Positions 9,316-17,028 of a DNA stretch of 20,351 nt are shown piece after piece; the stretch's first letter is position 1; each line of letters starts with the position of its first letter. The translations under genes were made by a program, and so were the position numbers. The notes under the pieces are model-generated. The model did not search any database. It worked only from the letters and a program-made list of their open reading frames with translations, and was not told the origin of the DNA. The stretch covers positions 1 to 20,351 of the forward strand of contig JBFMGK010000024.1 of assembly GCA_040752575.1 (NCBI GenBank), given 5' to 3'. Origin of the DNA: Candidatus Bipolaricaulota bacterium (lineage in GTDB: Bacteria; Bipolaricaulota; Bipolaricaulia; UBA7950; UBA9294).

Positions 9316-9333
9316 CGGATCGGAGGCCCATCC

Positions 9334-10902
9334 ATGTTAAGTCCGACGATCCGCTCCCGCGTCGACGCCTTGTGGGATCGCTTCTGGTCCGGCGGGATCG
9401 CGAATCCGCTCACGGCGATCGAGCAGATCAGCTATCTCCTGTTCATGCGCCGGCTCGACGCGACGGATCTTGAACAAGCGAAGCGGGCGCAGTTCGTCGG
9501 GCAGAAGCACAAGTCCCTGTTTGGCGGCGCCTTCACCGGGCTCGACAGGCGCGAGATCCCGAAACAGGAACTCCGCTGGAGCCATTTCCGCCACCTGCCC
9601 GGCGAGCAGATGCTGGCCCACGTTCGCGACCGCGTCTTCCCGTTCATCAAGTCGCTTGGCGGCGACGGGAACCCGTTCGCCGACGCGATGCAGGACGCCG
9701 TGTTCATCCTCCCGAAAGCGTCACTCCTCGTCGAAGCCGTCGGAATCATCGACGAGATCTACGTCGAGATCGCCCGCGAACAGAGCGAAGGCCAAACGTT
9801 CCAGGACACCCAAGGCGACCTGTACGAGCACCTGTTGTCCGAGATCGCGTCGGCCGGCAAGAACGGCCAGTTCCGCACCCCGCGCCACATCATTCAGATG
9901 ATCTGCGCCCTCGTCGATCCCAAGCTCGGCGATCGCATCTGCGATCCCGCCTGCGGCACCGGCGGCTTCCTCCTCGGCGCCTACCAGCACATCCTCACCC
10001 AGCTCACGAGCCCCGAGCATCGCGAGACGGACGAGAACGGCCTCGAACGCGGCCTGCTCGGCGACCTCTTGACGAACCACGAGCACCAGCGCCTGTTGCG
10101 CGAAGAGACGCTCTACGGCTTCGACTTCGACACGACCATGGTCCGCATCGGCGCGATGAACCTGCTCTTGCACGGGATCGAGCACCCGAACCTCAAGTAC
10201 GCCGACACCTTGTCCAAGCGGTTCGAGGAGAAGGACGAGTACCAGGTCGTGATGACCAATCCGCCGTTCAAGGGCAGTATCGACAAAGGCGACATCCACG
10301 AGGAGCTGGCGCTCAAGACGACGAAGACCGAGCTCCTGTTCGTGAACCGCGTGATGAACCTGCTCAAGATCGGCGGCCGCGCCGGCGTCATCGTGCCGGA
10401 CGGCGTCCTGTTCGGATCGAGCAACGCCCACAAGGCGCTGCGCAAGATGCTGCTCGAGGAGTGCGAACTGCAGGCCGTCGTCTCGATGCCATCGGGCGTG
10501 TTCAAGCCGTACGCCGGCGTGAGCACGGCCGTCATCGTGTTCGTCAAGGGCGGCAAGACCGAGCGCGTCTGGTTCTACGACATGGACGCCGACGGCTACT
10601 CGCTCGACGACAAGCGCGACAAGATCGAAGCGAACGACATCCCCGACATCGTCGCGAAGTGGCGGGAGTGGAACCACGGCCAGGGTGATGCGCCAGAGCG
10701 GTTCGCCGATCGCAAGGCGAAGGCCTTCTTCGTGCCCGTCGAAGAGATCGTCGAGAACGGCTACGACCTCTCGATCAATCGCTACAAGGAGACGGCGTAC
10801 GAGGAAATCGCGTACGACCCGCCGAAGGTCATCCTGCAGCGGCTGCGCGACCTCGAGGACGAGATTCGCAAGGACCTCGATGACCTGGAGAGGATGCTGT
10901 GA
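9334..10902 (+). CDS. hsdM: Type I R-M N6-adenine DNA methyltransferase M subunit
   Basis: WDRFWSGGIANPL, GQFRTPRHII, motif I DPACGTGGFL, motif IV TNPPF, GVFKPYAGV, YDLSINRY. RBS GGAGG at 9322. Confidence 0.97.
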   Translation: MLSPTIRSRVDALWDRFWSGGIANPLTAIEQISYLLFMRRLDATDLEQAKRAQFVGQKHKSLFGGAFTGLDRREIPKQELRWSHFRHLPGEQMLAHVRDRVFPFIKSLGGDGNPFADAMQDAVFILPKASLLVEAVGIIDEIYVEIAREQSEGQTFQDTQGDLYEHLLSEIASAGKNGQFRTPRHIIQMICALVDPKLGDRICDPACGTGGFLLGAYQHILTQLTSPEHRETDENGLERGLLGDLLTNHEHQRLLREETLYGFDFDTTMVRIGAMNLLLHGIEHPNLKYADTLSKRFEEKDEYQVVMTNPPFKGSIDKGDIHEELALKTTKTELLFVNRVMNLLKIGGRAGVIVPDGVLFGSSNAHKALRKMLLEECELQAVVSMPSGVFKPYAGVSTAVIVFVKGGKTERVWFYDMDADGYSLDDKRDKIEANDIPDIVAKWREWNHGQGDAPERFADRKAKAFFVPVEEIVENGYDLSINRYKETAYEEIAYDPPKVILQRLRDLEDEIRKDLDDLERML

Positions 10903-12152
10903 TGCCAGCTCGAAGCGTTCCACTCGGGAGCATCGCTGACTACATCAGGGGTATCACCTTCAAGCCAACGGATGTAGTGCCTGCCCATTCAGCCGGATCC
11001 GTTGTGTGCATGACCACCAAGAATGTGCAGGAGGTCTTGGATGAGACGAAGCTGACGGCGATCAGTCCACGCTTCGTCAAGCGGCCGGAGCAGTACCTGC
11101 AGGCAGGCGACATCCTCGTAAGCAGTGCCAACAGCTGGAACCTTGTCGGAAAGGTCTCATTCGTGCCGTCCCTCCCGTACAAGGCGACTGCGGGGGGCTT
11201 CATCTCCATCCTGCGCGCTGAACCTGGGAAGGCAGATCCGCGCTACGTTTACAGGTGGCTTGCGTCGGGGGAGGTGCAGCATCAAGCGAGGGCCTGCGCG
11301 CGCCAGACCACGAACATCGCGAACCTTGACAGGACGCGCTTTCTGAACCTCCAGATTCCGCTTCCGCCCCTTCTCGAACAGCGGCGGATCGCCGCGATCC
11401 TCGACAAGGCCGACGCCGTCCGCCGCAAACGCCAGCAGACCCTCGACCTCGCCGACCAGTTCCTCCGCTCTGCCTTCCTCGACATGTTCGGCGAGCGGAT
11501 CCGCAGTGCCTTCGAAGGCACTCTGGCCCACGGTTGGACCGCTCTTCTGATAGACGAGATCAAGACACCCGGGGCCTGGTCGTGTGCCGGGGGGCCGTTC
11601 GGGTCGCGTCTGACGCGCCTTGACTACACTGACCCTCCCGGTGTGCCAGTGATCCGAGGCTCGAATCTGTCTAGTGCCGACGGCGACTTCAGCGAGGACG
11701 GCTTCGTCTTCGTCTCCGACGCGAAGGCCGAGGAGTTGGCCCGGAACACAGCTAGGCCGGGTGACCTCGTCGTCACGCAGCGAGGCACGCTTGGGCAGGT
11801 GGCGCGGATCCCTTTGGACGCGCGCTTTCCGCTGTATGTCATCTCCCAGAGCCAGATGAAGCTCACGGTCGATCAGACGTTGGCGGACCCTGATTACGTC
11901 GTGTGGTACTTGAGGTCTCCCATTCCCGCGAGGGAACTCGCGGCGCGAGTACTGGCAACGGGCGTACCACACATCAACCTCGGGATCCTGAAGACATTGC
12001 GGGTGGTCCTGCCTCCAATTGAGTCGCAGCGGCGGTTCGGAAGACTCGTGCTGGCCCACAAGGCAACCAGGCGCAGGCTTGCGGGCGGGTTGGCGCTGGC
12101 TGCAGCACAACAGCGCGCACTTGTGAGTCTGGCGTTCAGCGGTGGACTGTGA
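10899..12152 (+). CDS. hsdS: Type I R-M specificity subunit
   Basis: Two TRDs separated by the conserved IPLPPLLEQRRIAAILDKADAVRRKR...FLDMFG; second conserved block VVLPPIESQRRF...AFSGGL. Start overlaps the hsdM stop (GTG 10899 or ATG 10902). Confidence 0.95.
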   Translation: MMPARSVPLGSIADYIRGITFKPTDVVPAHSAGSVVCMTTKNVQEVLDETKLTAISPRFVKRPEQYLQAGDILVSSANSWNLVGKVSFVPSLPYKATAGGFISILRAEPGKADPRYVYRWLASGEVQHQARACARQTTNIANLDRTRFLNLQIPLPPLLEQRRIAAILDKADAVRRKRQQTLDLADQFLRSAFLDMFGERIRSAFEGTLAHGWTALLIDEIKTPGAWSCAGGPFGSRLTRLDYTDPPGVPVIRGSNLSSADGDFSEDGFVFVSDAKAEELARNTARPGDLVVTQRGTLGQVARIPLDARFPLYVISQSQMKLTVDQTLADPDYVVWYLRSPIPARELAARVLATGVPHINLGILKTLRVVLPPIESQRRFGRLVLAHKATRRRLAGGLALAAAQQRALVSLAFSGGL

Positions 12153-13492
12153 AAGCCGCTCACCACGCAGACCCGCAGTGCATCTACTGCGGATCTGACA
12201 GAGAGATGTCTCGAGAGGACATCGTTCCTTTTGCGCTTGGCGGCCGCTACGCAAGTTCCGAAATCATCTGCAGGGACTGCAACTCGTACTTTGGGGCGAA
12301 TGTGGACTGCCATATCACGGACTGGCAGCTTAGCCTCATCGCTCGTGGGTGCTTCGCGTTGGCTGGGCGTGGCGGTACGGTGCCTCCCTACGAAGTCGAG
12401 ACGACGGACGGGCATCAGTTGACAGTGTCGGGCGGTTCCGTCCTGCGTCCGAAGTGGCGGGACGTCGTCATCAGGCAAGATGCTCGCAGTTTCTACTTCC
12501 GGGCAGGGACACCGACTGTAGAGGATGCGCAGCAGGCAATCGCGGGCGCTATTGCCAAGCAGACGGCACGCCAGGGGCGGCCACCGGCCATTACCGAGAG
12601 TCGCGTCGATGTCGCAGTGCGGCGCGATTGGGACTACCTCGAATCGGTCGTGGAGTACGACTATCACAAGCAAGGCAGGGCCATCGCGAAGATGGCGTTT
12701 CACTACCTAGCGACGCGGCTGGAGCGCAGATTCCTCCTCACGAGGGACTTCCACTCCATCATGGCGTTCGTGCGGCACGGAGAGCACGCCAATCACCCGC
12801 GCCTGTGCCAGCCGGCGCTCCCACAGGAGCTAGATCCGGCCGCGGAGCCGAGCATGCAGCACACCTTGACCCTACGGTGCAGTCGCCATCTTCGCAGCGG
12901 GATCTGCGACGTTGCGCTGTTCGGGGTTTTGCGCTTCACCGTGGTCCTGTCCTATTCCTACGAAGGCCCTGATCTCTTCCGACGGCTTGTTGTCTATCCG
13001 TTAAGGGAAAGTTGGGAAGAGGCTGCGGTTGCGGATGTCGCTCCCGTTCCAGCCAGACTCATCCTTAGGACGACTGAGGCAGAGCATCGGGCGCGCCACG
13101 ACAGGCTCGAGGAATCAGTCCATGCCCTTGTCGAGTGGCTCAACATCGAAGGTCTCTGCCGCCATGCCCGCGAGACGATTCCCCAGGCGCTTGCCGCGGT
13201 CGAAGCAAGGAAACCTCACTCAGCCTTGGGGACCGACGCATGGCTCGCAGCAGTCGCTGACGAGTTCTCCACCCGAAGCTCACCGGCCGGGCTCCTCAAC
13301 TTCCTTGGTCAGCCATCACGCGCAGCAGCTGAGGTCTTGATGGGCGAGCTGCAGCTGTCTGGGTACGTCTCCAGCTTCTCTGTAGCGGAAATCGACGACA
13401 GGTTTGCCCGCTTGATCTTCCTTCGACTGCTTGTTGATGCGCTCACAGCAGTCGCCCACAGCAGATGTGGGCGACGGGGCCAGGTCCTGTAG
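12149..13492 (+). CDS. HNH-like Zn-finger domain protein with a long unknown C-terminal region
   Basis: N-terminal CIYCG...SREDIVPFALGG...ICRDCNSYFGANVD and RAIAKMAFHYL, as seen in long HNH-domain proteins. GTGA overlap with the hsdS stop. Confidence 0.75.
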   Translation: MKAAHHADPQCIYCGSDREMSREDIVPFALGGRYASSEIICRDCNSYFGANVDCHITDWQLSLIARGCFALAGRGGTVPPYEVETTDGHQLTVSGGSVLRPKWRDVVIRQDARSFYFRAGTPTVEDAQQAIAGAIAKQTARQGRPPAITESRVDVAVRRDWDYLESVVEYDYHKQGRAIAKMAFHYLATRLERRFLLTRDFHSIMAFVRHGEHANHPRLCQPALPQELDPAAEPSMQHTLTLRCSRHLRSGICDVALFGVLRFTVVLSYSYEGPDLFRRLVVYPLRESWEEAAVADVAPVPARLILRTTEAEHRARHDRLEESVHALVEWLNIEGLCRHARETIPQALAAVEARKPHSALGTDAWLAAVADEFSTRSSPAGLLNFLGQPSRAAAEVLMGELQLSGYVSSFSVAEIDDRFARLIFLRLLVDALTAVAHSRCGRRGQVL

Positions 13493-13725
13493 GTGCGCAT
13501 TCCGCAGCGGCTTCGGGGTACTTGTCGGTACGCCGTCAGTGCTGCGGGTGGACCGGTCGCCCCAATGCGAGACGGCGTATCGCGCGGTGTTGCTTCACAA
13601 CCCGCCGGGCAACGTGGGGACGTGAGCCTCGTGGAAGTGCGCTGCCTTTCTCAGCCCGATCCGCTCTGTTAGCTTCCACGAACGTTCGGTGTGGTGGTGG
13701 CTTGGCCAGACGTAGCGTGGCGAGC

Positions 13726-13754
13726 TTGACGCATGAAGGCAGCTGTTGTAGGCT
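13726..13754 (+). promoter_or_regulatory. Candidate sigma70 promoter upstream of the 92-aa gene
   Basis: TTGACG 13726-13731, 17 nt, TAGGCT 13749-13754. Confidence 0.45.
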
Positions 13755-13905
13755 GGCGACCGAGAGGAGAGATGTCAGCATGTGAATGCGTGAGAGGCAA
13801 TAGCTGTGGCGTGGATAGGAGTGAAGGCCCTGGAGAAGTGGCCCGCCACAGCGCGGGGCCGCGAGTGAGCCGTCGCTCGCCTCAAAGGCAGAAAGGAGAA
13901 GCGGT

Positions 13906-14184
13906 ATGGCGTTCGTCGATGTCAAGAACAAGAAGGGCACGGGAAGCAACCCTGCTCCCTCTGGGTACACGAGCTGGCTCGATTTCTGGGAGAGGAAGAG
14001 GGGGAAGAAGGCAACGAAGTGCGAAGTCCTCGGCTGCAGTGCCGGCGCAGATGTTGGCGGGCACGTGATCAAGGCCGGCGAGGGGCCAAAGGAGTACATC
14101 CTGCCAATGTGCACCGGGTGCAACAACAAGGGGGAGAGCGAAGTGCTCAAGGCGTGGGACACAGATCTGGTCCCAGTGCAGTGA
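13906..14184 (+). CDS. Small Cys/His protein, possible minimal His-Me finger (HNH-like)
   Basis: Strong RBS AAAGGAG, protein-like composition, motifs SWLDFWE, CEVLGC, GGHV, YILPMCTGCNN. Confidence 0.75.
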   Translation: MAFVDVKNKKGTGSNPAPSGYTSWLDFWERKRGKKATKCEVLGCSAGADVGGHVIKAGEGPKEYILPMCTGCNNKGESEVLKAWDTDLVPVQ

Positions 14185-14218
14185 CGCATCGAACGGCAGG
14201 GGGGCGGAGCTTGGGGCG

Positions 14219-14272
14219 TTCCGGGGACACAACATGCAACTCAGCCGCGATTCAGTACTGCGTCCCCCGGAA
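14219..14272. repeat. Palindromic element family A, copy 1 (degenerate)
   Basis: TTCCGGGGACACAAC...GTACTGCGTCCCCCGGAA. Confidence 0.8.
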
Positions 14273-14361
14273 TTCGGGCAGCCCTTACCACACCGCTGTT
14301 GGATGGTTCCGCAGTCTGGGGTAACGGACATGGCGCAGGGTCTGTTGAGCGGTGGCGGGGC

Positions 14362-15098
14362 CTACCTGAACAGAAAGAACAACGGATTCCTCCGCAGTTC
14401 CCCTTTCCTCGCGAGATACTCTCTGAAGAGCATCATCCCATCGACTACTGTCAGCACGCCAAGCGCTGTCGAGAGAGGGTCACTTCCAACGACGGCTGAG
14501 TAGGCTGCTAGGAGCGACTTCAGAACCGTTGGTCCGAATCTGGAGACACTCAATACATGGGTCTCCCGTGCGGTCGCGATCTCTTGGCATAGGGCCTCAG
14601 AGACTCTCGCCGCAAAGTACTCCGGGGTGCCTGCATCGGGGGCGAAGCGGCTCAACTCCTCGACGCTCTTGGTGATGGCTTGTCGGTACGCCCTAACGAG
14701 ATCCTCTCTCTCTCTGAACTCGATCAATCGTTGCCAGTCGTCTGTGTCGGGGTAAGGCAGTTCTAGTAGCGGGAGAATCGTTGAGACAAGCTCGTTCAAA
14801 CCGGGCTTGGAGGCTGCTCCTGCTTGTGACGCCAAGCGCCACGTCCGCGTGGACTTCGATGTGGTCGAAGCATCGAGCGCGTCCGCCAGGACTAGTCCGT
14901 TCGCGAGATCCTCGAACACGCCTGATAGGATGTTGACCGTTGCGAACTCACGGGAGTGGTCCTTCCAGCCGAGCGGTATGCCGTGGGTGGACAACCACTC
15001 CTCAATCAGATCCTCCTCCCCCCGACCCGTGTCTGGATCGCTCAAGGCGAGCCCGCGGGTGTCATCGGCCTCAAAGAAGCGACCTACGACATGATCTA
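14362..15098 (-). pseudogene. Hypothetical protein, probably a 5'-truncated C-terminal fragment
   Basis: Protein-like, lower-GC segment of ORF 14362..15360 (DDWQRLIEFRERE...GELRRNPLFFLFR). Upstream of about 15100 the frame runs through repeat B and the abiEi promoter, with no RBS/start at the junction. Confidence 0.55.
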
Positions 15099-15109
15099 CG
15101 GGCCCGGAG

Positions 15110-15166
15110 CGCGAGGGTCGGGTCTTGCAATCACGCACCACACAGCCATATCGCGCATCGCGGGAA
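15110..15166 (+). repeat. Repeat family B, copy 1 (third partial copy at about 15192-15217)
   Basis: CGCGAGGGTCGGGTCTTGCAATCACGCACCACACAGCCATATCGCGCATCGCGGGAA aligns without gaps to 15990-16046. Confidence 0.88.
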
Positions 15167-15322
15167 TGCTGTTCCAAATGCCACTGGCCGACGGGGTCGG
15201 GGCTCGCGCTGCAACATCGCGGCGCACCATCCGCTGTCGTGAAGTGGGCTGCGAGATGCGGCGGCGTTTGCTGCGGAAGCGGTGAAGCGCGCAGTTCGGC
15301 TGAGGTTTCCATGAACCGGCGT

Positions 15323-15369
15323 GTGGCAAAACGTTGACAGATATCAAGAAGTGTATACAATACGCCACA
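15323..15369 (+). promoter_or_regulatory. abiEi promoter with overlapping inverted repeat; probably a leaderless mRNA
   Basis: TTGACA 15334-15339, 16 nt, TACAAT 15356-15361, ATG 7 nt later with no SD. Imperfect IR TGTGGCaaaacGTtgACA...TGTatACaatacGCCACA. Confidence 0.7.
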
Positions 15370-15983
15370 TGGAGAAGCGAACCGCCGAGAAGAGAACCCT
15401 CGACATCCTCGCCCGCCGTGGCCCGGTACGTGCCCGCGACGTGAAGGCGCACGGACTCCATACGCAGGTGCTCACTCGTCTTGTTCGGGAAGGGCGAATC
15501 GAGCGCTCTTCCCGTGGCCTGTACCGGCTTCCCCTCTCCACCTACAACATGACGGAGCACCACGGCCTCGTCCTCGCAACCGCTACGGCTCCGAAAGGCA
15601 TTGTCTGCCTCATTTCGGCACTGCAGTTTCACGGGATCGGCACTCAGCTCCCGCGGCAGGTGTGGCTGGCGCTGCCGCGCGGCGCCCGAACACCGACGGT
15701 CGACGATCCCCCGATGCGCTTCGTGCATGTGTCGGGCGAGGCGTTCACGGCCGGGGTCGAAGAGCACACGGTCGAAGGCCAGACGGTGCGAGTCTACAGC
15801 GTCGCGAAGACTATCGCGGACTGCTTCAAGTTCCGGAACACGATCGGAATGGATGTGGCGCTCGAAGCCCTCAACGGGGGATGGCGCGAGCGTAAGTTCA
15901 AGATGACCGATGTCGCAGAGTACGCACGAGTCTGCCGCGTTTGGAACGTCATCCGGCCCTATCTCGAGGCGATCACAGCGTGA
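15369..15983 (+). CDS. Type IV TA AbiEi-family antitoxin / transcriptional regulator
   Basis: N-terminal wHTH LTRLVREGRIERSSRGLYRL, then CLISALQFHGIGTQLP, VYSVAKTIADCFKFRNTIGMDVALEAL, end IRPYLEAI. Confidence 0.92.
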   Translation: MEKRTAEKRTLDILARRGPVRARDVKAHGLHTQVLTRLVREGRIERSSRGLYRLPLSTYNMTEHHGLVLATATAPKGIVCLISALQFHGIGTQLPRQVWLALPRGARTPTVDDPPMRFVHVSGEAFTAGVEEHTVEGQTVRVYSVAKTIADCFKFRNTIGMDVALEALNGGWRERKFKMTDVAEYARVCRVWNVIRPYLEAITA

Positions 15984-15989
15984 CGGGAC

Positions 15990-16046
15990 CGCGAGGGTCG
16001 GGTCCTGCAATCACGCATTGCGGAGCCGTTTCGAGCATTGCGGGAA
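15990..16046 (+). repeat. Repeat family B, copy 2
   Basis: CGCGAGGGTCGGGTCCTGCAATCACGCATTGCGGAGCCGTTTCGAGCATTGCGGGAA, starting 6 nt after the abiEi stop. Confidence 0.88.
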
Positions 16047-16182
16047 CAGGATCTCAGACTCGGCTTCGATTACGTGTTCTGCTCACGGGCCCCCTCGAAT
16101 GTGTGAGGCTCTGCGAGACGGGGAGTCCGCTGTGCGGGCATCTTGCGCGGCGTCTTGCCGCTCACGCTCGTCTCCTGCTACA

Positions 16183-16404
16183 GTGAAAGCGGAGGTCGGC
16201 AGCACGCGAATCGACATTGAGCAGGAACAGGACGGTCGCTGGATCGCCGAGATCCCCGATCTCCCTGGGGTCCTGGTCTATGGGCAGACTCGACAGGCAG
16301 CGATCTCCAAGGCACAGGCTCTGGCTCTGCGGGTGATCGCCGATCGGCTTGACAACGGGGAGTCTGTTCCAGACCTGGAAGAGCTATTCGCCGTACAGAG
16401 ATGA
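16183..16404 (+). CDS. hicB: HicB-family antitoxin (short form, no DNA-binding domain); start uncertain (GTG 16183 or ACG 16204)
   Basis: IDIEQEQDGRWIAEIPDLPGVLVYGQTRQAAISKAQALALRVIADRLDNGE. ATGA overlap with hicA. Confidence 0.88.
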   Translation: MKAEVGSTRIDIEQEQDGRWIAEIPDLPGVLVYGQTRQAAISKAQALALRVIADRLDNGESVPDLEELFAVQR

Positions 16405-16619
16405 GCGAATGGCCGGCAACGAAGGCTCGTAAGGTTCTCGCGGCGCTCGTCCGCAAAGGCTGGTCCGTCAAACACGAGCTGCACGGCTCTCATCGAATCT
16501 TGTGCCGCCCAGGCTGGGCTGACGTTACGTTCGCCTTCCGGGAACACGAGGAGCCGGGGCCGCGGATGCTCGCGCGCATCTCCAAGCACACCGGCCTTGA
16601 GCCAAGTGACCGCAAGTAG
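16401..16619 (+). CDS. hicA: HicA-family mRNA interferase toxin
   Basis: KARKVLAALVRKGW...GSHRIL...FAF...GPRMLARISKHTGL, 72 aa, GSH His intact. Confidence 0.9.
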   Translation: MSEWPATKARKVLAALVRKGWSVKHELHGSHRILCRPGWADVTFAFREHEEPGPRMLARISKHTGLEPSDRK

Positions 16620-16725
16620 GACCGGTGTGCCGTCGCGGTGTGTCGGTTGATCGATGCTTAGGTAGGAGCAGGTTCTCCTTGGTCTTCGCGCGGACGCGCT
16701 GGCTGTAAGCAATCCCCAAGATCCT

Positions 16726-16750
16726 GTAGCGTTGCGGCTTGTCTGCGACG
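16726..16750 (+). repeat. GTAG-type REP-like palindrome, copy 2
   Basis: GTAGCGTTGCGGCTTGTCTGCGACG has two differences from 4365-4389, both turning stem pairs into G:T. Continues ttcgccgactct as at 4448-4459. Confidence 0.65.
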
Positions 16751-17028
16751 TTCGCCGACTCTCTTGGCGTCGTGCCCTCCGGCGACGGGCAGGCCTTGCA
16801 GTTCCGCATTCCACAGCTGCTTCGATGCGCCCGCGGTCAGAGGCGGTGTCGTCGCGCCGCGCTTCCTGACCTCTCGGCATGCTCGGCGGGCATATCCCCG
16901 CAGCAGGTCGCGATGACCCCGGCACCCCGATGGGAGCACAAGCGGCGGGAAGGATGACGCCAAGGGGACAATCCGAAGGCGAACGCCTAGGATGCTCGTG
17001 TGCAAGGCGGCATGCAGCGCAGGTGTCT

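Noticed and set aside
4517..12703. Long antisense ORFs opposite hsdR, fic, hsdM and hsdS
   Set aside because: Typical antisense shadows of high-GC3 genes with no recognisable motifs.
16620..17028. Coding gene or gene remnant between hicA and the GNAT gene
   Set aside because: The frames read through the REP and show no recognisable motif. A short remnant at 16658-16720 cannot be excluded but is unsupported.
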